Below are positions 1 to 8,096 of a stretch of DNA of 49,895 nucleotides, piece by piece. Origin of the DNA: a virus. The stretch lies in the IMG/VR virus record IMGVR_UViG_3300045988_177506; one strand, given 5' to 3'. The stretch's first letter is position 1. Each line of letters opens with the position of its first letter. A program made the position numbers and the translations under genes. Below the pieces are notes generated by a model. It saw only the letters and a list, made by a program, of their open reading frames with translations, ran no database searches and was not told the DNA's origin.

Positions 1-119
1 AAGCCACACGCACCAAATTCGCTTGTAAGCATTTTTACGCGCCACATTGTGTTTATATCCGTCCCCTTAAAACGTCCATTATCAAACGCTTTTAGGGCGT
101 CTGACGGTACGGCACGGAA
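1..119. repeat. Terminal direct repeat, identical to 49777..49895; assembly overlap of a circular or terminally redundant genome
   Basis: Exact 119-bp identity between window start and end, read directly. ORF 49287..49823 (-) continues into 1..47. Confidence 0.9.
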
Positions 120-166
120 CTTGTTATACAATTCAAGATTTTTGTTGTCTGCCATTTTTTTATCCC

Positions 167-676
167 TCACACAATTGTTATTTTATAATTTGTCGAATAT
201 TCTGCCCCCGGCACTTCTTTACCAGCTTTGAATGCTTTGTTTATGGCTGCCTTAGACAGCTTACGTTCTGTCACGCTTACAAAATACTCAGGGGGTATCA
301 ATGTTTCATCCACAACGTTGCAACGCTTTGTTTGTTTGACTTTCATTTCAATGTCTTCGTCTACAAAGCCTTGATTATCGGTCGCATATAAAAGCCATTT
401 TTCCAACCCGTCAATTTGTTTTTTCAACGAAGTTTCTTTTGCTTCAATGCTTTTCCTTTTTTCCGTTGTATGGTCAAGTAGCGCCGTTAAGTTATCGACA
501 TACGCAATAACGCTTTTTATCTTTTCGTTTTTTTCTACTTGCAACGAATTAAGCCTTTCTTCCCAATTAAAAACTTCCCCAGTCTCAATGTCAATGCCAT
601 TCCCTTCAGCTTTTATTGTAGCATCCTCGTCAAGTAATCTTTCTATATCAGAATTGATTTCGTAAAGTTTTCTCAT
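167..676 (-). CDS. Siphovirus Gp157-family protein (recombination/replication-module accessory)
   Basis: N-terminus MRKLYEINSDIERLLDED and a coiled-coil body resemble the Sipho_Gp157 family. Lies immediately downstream of the Erf-like SSAP, joined by an ATGA-type overlap to the next gene. Confidence 0.6.
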   Translation of the reverse strand: MRKLYEINSDIERLLDEDATIKAEGNGIDIETGEVFNWEERLNSLQVEKNEKIKSVIAYVDNLTALLDHTTEKRKSIEAKETSLKKQIDGLEKWLLYATDNQGFVDEDIEMKVKQTKRCNVVDETLIPPEYFVSVTERKLSKAAINKAFKAGKEVPGAEYSTNYKITIV

Positions 677-996
677 ATTTCCACCTCTTCGTACAATTTC
701 ATTACACGTTCCAATTCCGCCTTTTGCTCTTCGGCTGTCTGCATATTTAAGTCGTATAAGAAATCGCGGTATTCATTTCGCGCTCGTTCAAGGATATCTT
801 CTGCCTCATCCACAACACTTGCGAGCAAAACCATTCGCTCAAAGATATTTGTACGACGATTTTTTTCATCGTCTGCTGTACTCATAAGCCGACTACACAA
901 ATTATCATTTAATTGAGCATATCCGGCAGCTACAACAGACAAATGCGCTTGTGCTTTAAGAATATTATCAATCAGTCTATCACGCATAGTTTTCAT
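673..996 (-). CDS. Hypothetical protein
   Basis: ORF in a tightly overlapping operon (4-nt overlaps on both sides). Confidence 0.6.
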   Translation of the reverse strand: MKTMRDRLIDNILKAQAHLSVVAAGYAQLNDNLCSRLMSTADDEKNRRTNIFERMVLLASVVDEAEDILERARNEYRDFLYDLNMQTAEEQKAELERVMKLYEEVEI

Positions 997-1328
997 TCAT
1001 CGTCCTCCGGTTCATAGCCGCAAACAGGGCAAAAACGCTTATAATGTTTTTCTTCGACACAATCTTCTCCATATGGTTGTAATTCAGAAAAACTTTGATA
1101 CTCAAACGCCGAACCGCATTCAGGGCATATATCGTCCTCTTCTAATTCGGCAATAAGTTTTTCTTTGTATTTTGCAATTGACTGGATAGCCCGATCCGGA
1201 TGATTACGAATTTCATGTAATATATGGTCAAGACTTAATACAACATCAACCTTATCTTGGTCGTCACAATCGCCATATGCTTCCAACATGCTACAAAAGC
1301 AAACATCTGATAAATCTCTGTCTTTCAT
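993..1328 (-). CDS. Zinc-ribbon hypothetical protein (CPECG...CPVCG)
   Basis: Two CxxC pairs; ORF directly follows the AbrB-like gene. Confidence 0.6.
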   Translation of the reverse strand: MKDRDLSDVCFCSMLEAYGDCDDQDKVDVVLSLDHILHEIRNHPDRAIQSIAKYKEKLIAELEEDDICPECGSAFEYQSFSELQPYGEDCVEEKHYKRFCPVCGYEPEDDE

Positions 1329-1331
1329 AAT

Positions 1332-1502
1332 TTACTCCAATTTCATAATCACGATTTCGCCATTTCTTTCAACCGCCGCCAAAGTGTCGTTTACTGTAAA
1401 CCCTACACTTTCTACAATTTTTTTAGGAAGTCTGACAATATAGCTTGCTGTCTTGACTTTCCCCGTATCCTTATCGACACGTATCTGTACCGTCATTTTC
1501 AT
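1332..1502 (-). CDS. AbrB/MazE/SpoVT-type swapped-hairpin DNA-binding protein (55 aa), first gene of the early operon
   Basis: Translation MKMTVQIRVDKDTGKVKTASYIVRLPKKIVESVGFTVNDTLAAVERNGEIVIMKLE. RBS AAGGAG lies 10 nt upstream. Below the 60-aa ORF-track cutoff. Sits directly downstream of the consensus promoter at 1536..1564. Confidence 0.65.
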   Translation of the reverse strand: MKMTVQIRVDKDTGKVKTASYIVRLPKKIVESVGFTVNDTLAAVERNGEIVIMKLE

Positions 1503-1535
1503 AAGTTATCACGCTCCTTGTTTGTTTATGCCCCT

Positions 1536-1564
1536 ATTATAACACCGATTTCGTACGAAGTCAA
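1536..1564 (-). promoter_or_regulatory. Sigma-70-type promoter TTGACT-17-TATAAT driving the early (-) operon
   Basis: rc reads TTGACTtcgtacgaaatcggtgtTATAAT, about 25 nt upstream of the AbrB-like RBS. Confidence 0.65.
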
Positions 1565-1577
1565 GCGTTTTCGTAAC

Positions 1578-1619
1578 ATTTTGCAAAAATTATTTTTTAT
1601 TTTGCGAAAATTATTTTTC
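1578..1619. promoter_or_regulatory. Tandem 21-bp direct repeat (ATTTTGCaAAAATTATTTTTt x2) between the divergent promoters; candidate operator or UP element
   Basis: attttgcaaaaattatttttt / attttgcgaaaattatttttc, read directly. Confidence 0.55.
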
Positions 1620-1638
1620 AAAAACCATCTTAAAACAC

Positions 1639-1667
1639 TTGACAACCTCTTTTTTATGTGTTATAAT
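1639..1667 (+). promoter_or_regulatory. Perfect sigma-70 consensus promoter TTGACA-17-TATAAT (+ strand)
   Basis: ttgacaacctcttttttatgtgttataat. No ORF downstream. Confidence 0.7.
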
Positions 1668-1674
1668 AGCCACG

Positions 1675-2525
1675 AAATGTAGGGCTTCACCTACCGCGCA
1701 ATATGTTTTGACCTAAAGTATTGCCATTTCCTAACTGCATATTTGGATGTCAAAGTTCTCGCATATGTTTCTGGGTCTCTCGAAAGAGAAAACATATCGG
1801 GGGCTTTTTCTTATACTTTGACATTAAATCGCGAAAGTTGTCCTGCGTTAAAAGGTACAACGGGTGGCTCTGAGTTCAAACACGTGAAGAGCAACTGCAA
1901 AGTGGGGTAAACGCTATGATACCACAATAATCTCGACGGCGGGCTTGGTGAACTGATTTTAGATAGGCAGTGGAGCGCAGGGCAGTTCTTGTGCGACGAT
2001 ACTGTGTGTAGCTGAAATGCTACACGTATGCGTGTTTGACAAGGGCTTGTTGGGTAGAAACTTCAACGACGGACGATGAAGACGTCTTTATTCTCTTGTG
2101 TGTACTTGTTCCTCTTTTGCAGGGATAGGTATGCACAAGAGCGTGAGTGAGTATGTTCTTAACTCTGAACGATGTACCATGTACTAATAAACTAAGTACA
2201 GAGTATATAGAGTATAAGATTACTACTAAGCATATCGGTAATATAACATGGAATACTCGTATAATTACGAATAAATAAGCAATAGAAGAAGAAATAGTTT
2301 ACATATACTAAACAAATAGAGATAGTATACAAAGAAAAATAAAAAACACGTGTCCGAGGTAACAGATGGTAAGCAATGGACACAGATAGAAGTGAAACAG
2401 TTAGTTCGCTTATTAACTCTTAAAGACAGAGCTGCTTCATATGTTTTATTCATATTTATCCTTTACAAGAGGGGTGACCCGTTCAGTTTTCGATGATTTA
2501 CTGGGCGGGTTGCTTCTTTTTTATT
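1675..2525 (+). ncRNA. Candidate large non-coding RNA (about 850 nt), running from promoter to terminator with no ORF
   Basis: No ORF of 60 aa or more in any frame across 1503..2805, apart from two low-complexity antisense ORFs. Bounded by the consensus promoter and an intrinsic terminator. Contains hairpins (e.g. catatgttt...aaacatatc, cttcaacgacggacgatgaag) and an AT-rich low-complexity segment. Confidence 0.45.
2477..2525 (+). terminator. Rho-independent terminator ending the ORF-free + strand unit
   Basis: Stem ACCCGTTCAG/CTGGGCGGGT (10 bp including two G-U pairs) followed by TGCTTCTTTTTTATT. Confidence 0.6.
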
Positions 2526-2761
2526 GGTAGAAAACCCACATATTGCGATAACAACAAATAAGCTTTCTTCCAAAGAAATGCGATCTCGCTCTTAAAAAGC
2601 TAAAAATTAGCAATAATTTCGTGAAATTTGCAAGTCCCGTAAACAATATCTATTCAGCATTGCGATATTAGTGCGAGATTTAAGCTGTGTTGCGTTTTAT
2701 CGTTTCGGTAGGGTAAATTTACGTTTGATAAACAATTCCCGTTAAAATTGAAATTTTAAGG

Positions 2762-2799
2762 CAAAAAAAGACAGCCCAACTCGTGAGAGAAGAGCTGTC
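2762..2799 (-). terminator. Rho-independent terminator at the 3' end of the late (-) operon
   Basis: rc reads GACAGCtcttctctcacgagttggGCTGTCttttttt, immediately after the stop of the 2805..3170 gene. Confidence 0.65.
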
Positions 2800-2804
2800 A
2801 AGCG

Positions 2805-3170
2805 TTAGACTATCCAAAACAGGTCGGCTTTTTCGCTACGGCAATCGAATATATCATAGAGGACACCATATTCGACCACGGTCAAATGCCCGTCCGTCCG
2901 GATAAGTATAACGTCTTCAGGGAAAAGTTTGCCCAAGTCTGCAACAGAAAGATTGGTCGCTACACGTTGCTTTAAGCCAAACACGTTGGTAAGCAAGTGA
3001 TTGTAACAACACGCCGTAAGTTCGTCACACTCAAAGAGATCGGCAATCAGTTCAAGCTTATGTTTAATAAGATTGTAGTCTAATTTAGTGGCGCGACTAA
3101 TTGCACGGCATACGCAATCGTTTTCAATATCGCCGACTGGGTTTGCGTTGTAAAAACGGTAGTCAATCAT
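2805..3170 (-). CDS. Hypothetical protein (122 aa; Cys/His-containing, possible papain-like fold)
   Basis: Internal start MIDYRF chosen to abut the upstream gene stop at 3163. Last gene before the terminator. Confidence 0.5.
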   Translation of the reverse strand: MIDYRFYNANPVGDIENDCVCRAISRATKLDYNLIKHKLELIADLFECDELTACCYNHLLTNVFGLKQRVATNLSVADLGKLFPEDVILIRTDGHLTVVEYGVLYDIFDCRSEKADLFWIV

Positions 3171-3750
3171 CGCAGCAGACAATTTCCTCGTAATAGATGG
3201 CAAGTTTCTCCCCGCCGTCCATGTCGATGTCTTTGTCTTCAAGCCATGCTTTTGCCATTTTAGCATAAAGGTCAAGGTTGCCGGCGCCAAATACTATTGA
3301 ATAATCAGTGTATTGCATAAGCACGGCAGTATAGAAGTCTTCAAAGGTGTAATCTTTGCCGAAGTCTATACCAATGTCGCGAGCCTTGCGCTCAATGCTT
3401 TCTTTGGTAAAAAGAGGTTTGTCTTGTTCGGGGACTTCATGTAACAGTTCTTTTGCCCATTCCATTAAGTCGTCGTCGGACATGTATTCGTCTTCAAAGT
3501 CGCGTTTTGACCGATAGTCACGCGGATAACCGTAATCACGTTCACGCGGTTCACGCATGTCATCATATCGCGACATGTCGGAGCGGTAATTCCGGTCACG
3601 CATTTCCGTACGAGTACGTCTGTCATGTCTGCCGTCTATTGGATAATACATTTCGCCAGGGTATGCTCTATGGTCGGACACATAGCGTCCTGTTCTGCGA
3701 GAGCGATGTCTTCTGTCACGCATGTCACACCACCTTGTCGATATTAACAA
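3163..3750 (-). CDS. Hypothetical protein with an R/D/Y-rich low-complexity N-terminal region and a globular C-terminal domain
   Basis: RDRRHRSRRTGRY...RDRNYRSDMSRYDDMREPRERDYGYPRDYRSKRDFEDEY. Confidence 0.55.
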   Translation of the reverse strand: MLISTRWCDMRDRRHRSRRTGRYVSDHRAYPGEMYYPIDGRHDRRTRTEMRDRNYRSDMSRYDDMREPRERDYGYPRDYRSKRDFEDEYMSDDDLMEWAKELLHEVPEQDKPLFTKESIERKARDIGIDFGKDYTFEDFYTAVLMQYTDYSIVFGAGNLDLYAKMAKAWLEDKDIDMDGGEKLAIYYEEIVCCDD

Positions 3751-4168
3751 CTACCGACGTATACGTTGCCCCAATGCCCGTGTTGACAAACGAGATCGCT
3801 TTTGCAAGGGTCGAAGACATTCCGAGTATGCAAGTCTTATCAACCAAAACATACTCATCAATTACCATTGTGCGAAGTTCTGTGTTCGCCGTGGAAATGG
3901 TTTCGCTCGCGATTGCACCCGTTACAGGTTGTCCGTTGACAAACATTTGAGCCGTTGCAACACCTGCCGCGGTTCCCGACACAACAAACTTTGCAGTGAT
4001 ATGATAAATACCGTCGCCGTTGAGCGTTACTGCGTCGGAAGTTGTGGAAAAGTTAGGCAAGCCGTTGCAAGTCTTTTTGCAATATCTGCGATAAACAGAC
4101 CCCAAGTCTATGGTTCCATCCGTAAGAGTGGTCTGTGTCGCATTGTTTCTTGTTCCAAGTATAAGCAT
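3725..4168 (-). CDS. BclA C-terminal domain-like / C1q-TNF-like jelly-roll protein
   Basis: GTAAGVATAQMFVNGQPVTG...ISTANTELRTMVIDEYVLVDKTCILGMSSTL resembles the exosporium BclA C-terminal domain. Confidence 0.45.
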   Translation of the reverse strand: MLILGTRNNATQTTLTDGTIDLGSVYRRYCKKTCNGLPNFSTTSDAVTLNGDGIYHITAKFVVSGTAAGVATAQMFVNGQPVTGAIASETISTANTELRTMVIDEYVLVDKTCILGMSSTLAKAISFVNTGIGATYTSVVVNIDKVV

Positions 4169-4231
4169 AATGCCTCCTATTAGGATATTTTATTATCCTC
4201 TCGTGCCGATAATTAGTCGGACTTTATAGTG

Positions 4232-4846
4232 TTAAAGAACAGAGCCGCAAGTCCCGGTAGCGCCACAAGCTGTGTAGCAGCAGTTCGGATTAGGAACTAC
4301 ATACGCCGGCTGTGCTTGCGGACGGAGAGCCGATACGAGGTAAGTGTTCTGTGCTTCTTGGCTTGCTTTCAGACGGAGCGCGTTAATTTCGTTCTGCTGA
4401 GCGGCAATCTGTGCGTTCTTGTCTTCAATGCGATTTGCAACAATTTCGTCGTGAAGTGCGCGATAGTTTGCATTCTGACTATCAATCACATCACGGAAGC
4501 CCGTGCAAAGCGACTGCTGGATAGCGTTGGTCTGCATTGCAATCGCATACTGCGTGTCTTTTATTGCGCTCTGAGTTTTGCAACAACAGTCGGCAAGTTG
4601 AGAGCCTATGCCGTTTATAGCCGAACGAGTTTCATAGCCGCCGGCGGTAATTGCACTGGTAACACCCGCAAAGCCGTTGAGCATACCGGTGTTCATAGCA
4701 TAGAAACCATCGCAAATGCCATTGTTTACATTGTCAAGTTTGCGCTCAATGCTGGCGAAGTCGCTCGTAAGAACATATCCATCCATTACGCCGCCGCCCT
4801 GGCTTCCACCGTAGCCATATCCGCCTCTGCCCCAACCAAAAATCAA
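4232..4846 (-). CDS. Gly-rich / coiled-coil / Cys-rich C-terminus hypothetical protein (non-ATG start, TTG)
   Basis: GRGGYGYGGSQGGG N-terminus and a C-terminal NCCYTACGATGTCGSVL. The in-frame upstream codons encode the hydrophobic AIILFALIFGW but are closed by a stop. Confidence 0.45.
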   Translation of the reverse strand: MIFGWGRGGYGYGGSQGGGVMDGYVLTSDFASIERKLDNVNNGICDGFYAMNTGMLNGFAGVTSAITAGGYETRSAINGIGSQLADCCCKTQSAIKDTQYAIAMQTNAIQQSLCTGFRDVIDSQNANYRALHDEIVANRIEDKNAQIAAQQNEINALRLKASQEAQNTYLVSALRPQAQPAYVVPNPNCCYTACGATGTCGSVL

Positions 4847-5271
4847 AGCAAAGAGGATAATTGCCCCAAAAATGTTATCGTAATGGCTTTTTATCCATTA
4901 CTTCTATAACTTATTGTTCGTTATAGTTCAGCATATCTTTTTAACTGTCAATAAACAGTTATCGAGGTCTCGTGGGCAGATTATATCTTTTCACTGCCTA
5001 TGCGTTGCGCCTGACTATCTTTGATAGCCTTCGGGTCGGATTAGCATTCCAGCCTTCCCGTTCAATACCTCGATTATTCGATATAGGTCACCCTATAAAG
5101 TGGCAAGCGATTTACCATCCATCTCCGTTCATAAACCCACCGTTGCAATTGTTGCCTGTGGTTACGGTAGGAACATCACCTTCGATATACATAAAAGTAT
5201 ACCTCCTTATTAAAAATTAATTTTATACAAACGTGCTACGTTAGACGTCATTCGCAACACGGTCATATACG

Positions 5272-5493
5272 CTAAAATTTAGCCCCTCGCTGGCGTAACA
5301 TATTCAGCAAGGGTTGTATGTCTACCCCGCTCTGTTTCGCGTATTGTAGCACAAAATTCTGCGGTGTCATTCCACTGCTCTTCATTTGATTAAGCATTGC
5401 CGCGTATTGTGGATTTTGCTGCGCCATTTGTTGAACACTTTGCTGGATATTTCCGCCGGAAAGGGCTTGCATAATAAACTGCATGGGATCCAT
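5272..5493 (-). CDS. Gln-rich hypothetical protein
   Basis: ORF adjacent to neighbouring genes. Confidence 0.5.
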   Translation of the reverse strand: MDPMQFIMQALSGGNIQQSVQQMAQQNPQYAAMLNQMKSSGMTPQNFVLQYAKQSGVDIQPLLNMLRQRGAKF

Positions 5494-5497
5494 ATAC

Positions 5498-5632
5498 TTA
5501 CCTCCGAGTTAATACCTTTTGGATAATAACGATGTCTGTCTTAAGTTTTTCAACAGTGCGTTCTAATTCTTTTACTCGACCCAACAAATGTTTATCCACA
5601 GTTGGTTTTTCAGGCTTGTTTTGATTGTCCAT
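5498..5632 (-). CDS. Small coiled-coil protein (44 aa)
   Basis: Start MDNQNKPEK with RBS GGAGG 5 nt upstream. The longer ORF extending to 5809 overlaps the neighbouring gene. Confidence 0.5.
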   Translation of the reverse strand: MDNQNKPEKPTVDKHLLGRVKELERTVEKLKTDIVIIQKVLTRR

Positions 5633-6044
5633 TTGTGCCTCCGTTAAGTTTCGCAATGCACTCGGCAAGGCGTTTAATGTCTGCTTTGGTTGCATACTCG
5701 GATAAATCTTCTTTGCGTACATAGTTGGGCTTTGGTTCTTCGACTTCCGCATTTGCCGTAATCTCGTCAAACTTATATCGCTTAAAAACAGGACGTCCGA
5801 GTTGGTCAAGAGATTTGATGTACATTACATTTTTGTTTGGGTCAAAAGCCAAAACTTGTCCGCCAACAGGCACGATATACGCACTAACTTCTTCTTCTGT
5901 CGCATATTGCAAAATGGTTGGTTGTAATGAATATGCTGGCTGTTGAGGTTGCTGCATGGGTGCTTGTTGCGCCGGTTGCATTCGTTGGTATTGTTGTGGT
6001 TGATAAGTCATATATGGAGCTTGACCATAATTATTGTTCCACAT
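5610..6044 (-). CDS. Q/P-rich N-terminal hypothetical protein
   Basis: ORF. N-terminal QPQQ repeats, then a globular part (VPVGGQVLAFDPNKNVMYIK). Confidence 0.55.
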   Translation of the reverse strand: MWNNNYGQAPYMTYQPQQYQRMQPAQQAPMQQPQQPAYSLQPTILQYATEEEVSAYIVPVGGQVLAFDPNKNVMYIKSLDQLGRPVFKRYKFDEITANAEVEEPKPNYVRKEDLSEYATKADIKRLAECIAKLNGGTNGQSKQA

Positions 6045-6197
6045 TGTTTTTGTCCTCCTTGTCTACTAAAATACATACACACGAGCCGTAATCGTGAATA
6101 ATGTTCTCTTTAGGGCAAATAATAAGTATCTTTGTTGCCAATTCCACCTTTATAAATTTGTCATCTGAAATTTTCATCACTGTTACTATATAACAAT

Positions 6198-6233
6198 AAA
6201 AAAAGATTGTACACCCACAAAAAGCATACAATC
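6198..6233 (-). terminator. Intrinsic terminator after the sigma-like gene
   Basis: GATTGTA...TACAATC 7-bp stem; rc is followed by a T7 run. Confidence 0.5.
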
Positions 6234-6240
6234 TCTAAAT

Positions 6241-6603
6241 TTAAGTGTTTAATTGTTCACGCATTCGTCGTTTTCGCATAGTAACGGATTTTTCGTTGAT
6301 ACATAGTTCGTCGGCAATTATGCTGTGCTTTGTCTTTTTTATAAAAAATGCGACGGCGAGTTCTTCATTTGTTTCGCTAAGTCGCAATTCATGACATCGT
6401 GTTCGTAGTTCGGTTTCGGTGCAAGTGTCTACATTAAAAGTCTTTTGTTGTTCAAGTTTTTGTTTTAGCTGTTTGTAGTGAACTTCATAGAAATCCGCAT
6501 CGCGTTTTGTATTACCTATCCACCCTACAGCGTAGTTTATAGGAATGGCGGATACTAAACTGAGTGTAAACGGTAAAATCAAGCTTATCCCAAAGAATAA
6601 CAC
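6241..6603 (-). CDS. Sigma-70 region-4-like HTH protein (RinA/ArpU-like candidate regulator), with a hydrophobic N-terminus as drawn
   Basis: ELRTRCHELRLSETNEELAVAFFIKKTKHSIIADELCINEKSVTMRKRR resembles a sigma region 4 HTH. The start codon is uncertain. Confidence 0.4.
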   Translation of the reverse strand: MLFFGISLILPFTLSLVSAIPINYAVGWIGNTKRDADFYEVHYKQLKQKLEQQKTFNVDTCTETELRTRCHELRLSETNEELAVAFFIKKTKHSIIADELCINEKSVTMRKRRMREQLNT

Positions 6604-6778
6604 AGAAGCAGTGATAACACGGCAAATCTAAGGCACAATATGGTGATACTGATGCGGGTATTGTTCTCTTATAAACCAATGGCAAAAGAAAAAGAATATC
6701 GCTTCAGCCCACTTATTGAAGATTGCCGCAGGTAGGAAAATAGCGACAACCGTAACGATTATCGCTAAAACCCAAGTC

Positions 6779-6979
6779 TTAATTATGTTCTTCTTCAACT
6801 CTGTCTACATCGGCAATCATATTGTCGATTGCATTAAGAATGGTAGCCCATTCTTTGCGAAGCGCACGCAAATCGTCACCTGTAAAGCGATTATGCCTTA
6901 TTTTGTTCAACAGTTCAGAAGCCGTCTGCATTGCGATCCCCGCGTTTTCCCCGTACAACCAAGCACCAGGTATGCCCAT
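6779..6979 (-). CDS. Hypothetical small protein
   Basis: ORF abutting 6979..7548. Confidence 0.45.
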   Translation of the reverse strand: MGIPGAWLYGENAGIAMQTASELLNKIRHNRFTGDDLRALRKEWATILNAIDNMIADVDRVEEEHN

Positions 6980-7548
6980 TATTTCTTTTCCTCCCGTCTA
7001 TAATTTAACAAGAAGTACAGTAAAACAAGAACAATGTAATAGTCAATCATAAGAATAAGCATAGTCGCAAAATTATAATTGGCTATCATAGTGTTTAAGT
7101 TTCTGACTTCTAATGTTATTGATTGAATAAGACTTGTTGTAGCAAAGCAGAATGCCGTTGCCCCAAGTTTTCCGCAAAACACAGCCGGTAGTATAATCAT
7201 CATCGACATGTTTATTGCCGTGTACTGTTTCGGAATGAAACGTTGTGCTAAGAACAACAATATAATCGCCATTGCTACAATCAATAATTCTTTCGCGTTA
7301 AGGTAAAGTTTTTTACAACAAGCACAACAATAAAAGAAATATATGAAGAACGATAAGGCGCCACTCGCGGCGTAATATGCCCATGTATGCGTGCTTATAT
7401 AGTTACCCACACGAAGTACGGCGGGTGACTGCGCTATACTCAAGAACCACGTTGTATCAATGGTTTTAGCCACATAAACAAGCAACAAAAGCGTACCACT
7501 TAGCACAACGCCCATAGTCCACAAATTGTTGAACTTTTTTACTTTCAT
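6979..7548 (-). CDS. Multi-pass membrane protein
   Basis: Several hydrophobic helices (LLLVYVAKTI, ALSFFIYFFYCCACC, IVAMAIILLFLA, MMIILPAVFCG, MLILMIDYYIVLVLLYFLL). Confidence 0.55.
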   Translation of the reverse strand: MKVKKFNNLWTMGVVLSGTLLLLVYVAKTIDTTWFLSIAQSPAVLRVGNYISTHTWAYYAASGALSFFIYFFYCCACCKKLYLNAKELLIVAMAIILLFLAQRFIPKQYTAINMSMMIILPAVFCGKLGATAFCFATTSLIQSITLEVRNLNTMIANYNFATMLILMIDYYIVLVLLYFLLNYRREEKK

Positions 7549-8096
7549 TGTTTATTGTCCTCGTCCAAAATTGCGTTTATCTTTTCAATATCGCTGTCGA
7601 CATTTTTGTTTACCTTTACCTTTTTATCCGGTTTTTCGGTTTTAGTAGTATCGTCGGGCTTAGTTGTGTCGGTTAATTCTTCAATCTTGTCCAACAATTC
7701 TTTGCCCTCGCCCTCTTCGTAAGGGTTCTCAATCTTAGTCTTAGTGAAACGTTCAAATACTGCATACAAAGATATTGCCGCCATACCCAATTTCAGCCCT
7801 GACATAAAATCGAACGGGACTTTAAGAAGCGCACAATTGTATATAGCCACGGCTACACAACCAAGAATGAACGGGATCGTAAGGATAAAACTGTTCCACA
7901 AATGGCGACGGTTATCATCGGTAATTTTGCTCGTTAATTTCTTAATTGGCATCTTAATTACTTCTGTAAGCCCAAAAATAACAACGGCAGATGCCCACCA
8001 TATCAACGTTTCACGGCTTGCATCAGAAAGTGCTGCTAAAAACTGCATAAGTATTAAACCCCCTTTAAGAATTAAGAAGTTTTTCGAGTGCGGCAA
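7545..8096 (-). CDS. Holin-like membrane protein (3 predicted TM segments plus a charged C-terminal tail)
   Basis: TM1 LIWWASAVVIFGL, TM2 FILTIPFILGCVAVAIY, TM3 LGMAAISLYAVF, then a K/D/E/T-rich tail. Confidence 0.4.
   Translation of the reverse strand: MPHSKNFLILKGGLILMQFLAALSDASRETLIWWASAVVIFGLTEVIKMPIKKLTSKITDDNRRHLWNSFILTIPFILGCVAVAIYNCALLKVPFDFMSGLKLGMAAISLYAVFERFTKTKIENPYEEGEGKELLDKIEELTDTTKPDDTTKTEKPDKKVKVNKNVDSDIEKINAILDEDNKQ

Noticed and set aside
49-231. + strand 60-aa ORF at the window start
   Set aside because: It is antisense to the Erf-like and Gp157 genes that cross the circular junction, and it has no RBS.
2192-2453. Two overlapping - strand ORFs (63 and 62 aa) inside the ORF-free region
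   Set aside because: Their products are extremely low-complexity (Y/F/L/I-rich). The DNA is an AT-rich simple-sequence segment, there is no RBS, and they overlap each other in different frames.
5498-5809. The longer 103-aa reading of ORF 5498..5809
   Set aside because: The upstream 60 codons overlap gene 5610..6044 in another frame. The internal ATG at 5632 has a strong GGAGG RBS, so the short 44-aa form was preferred.
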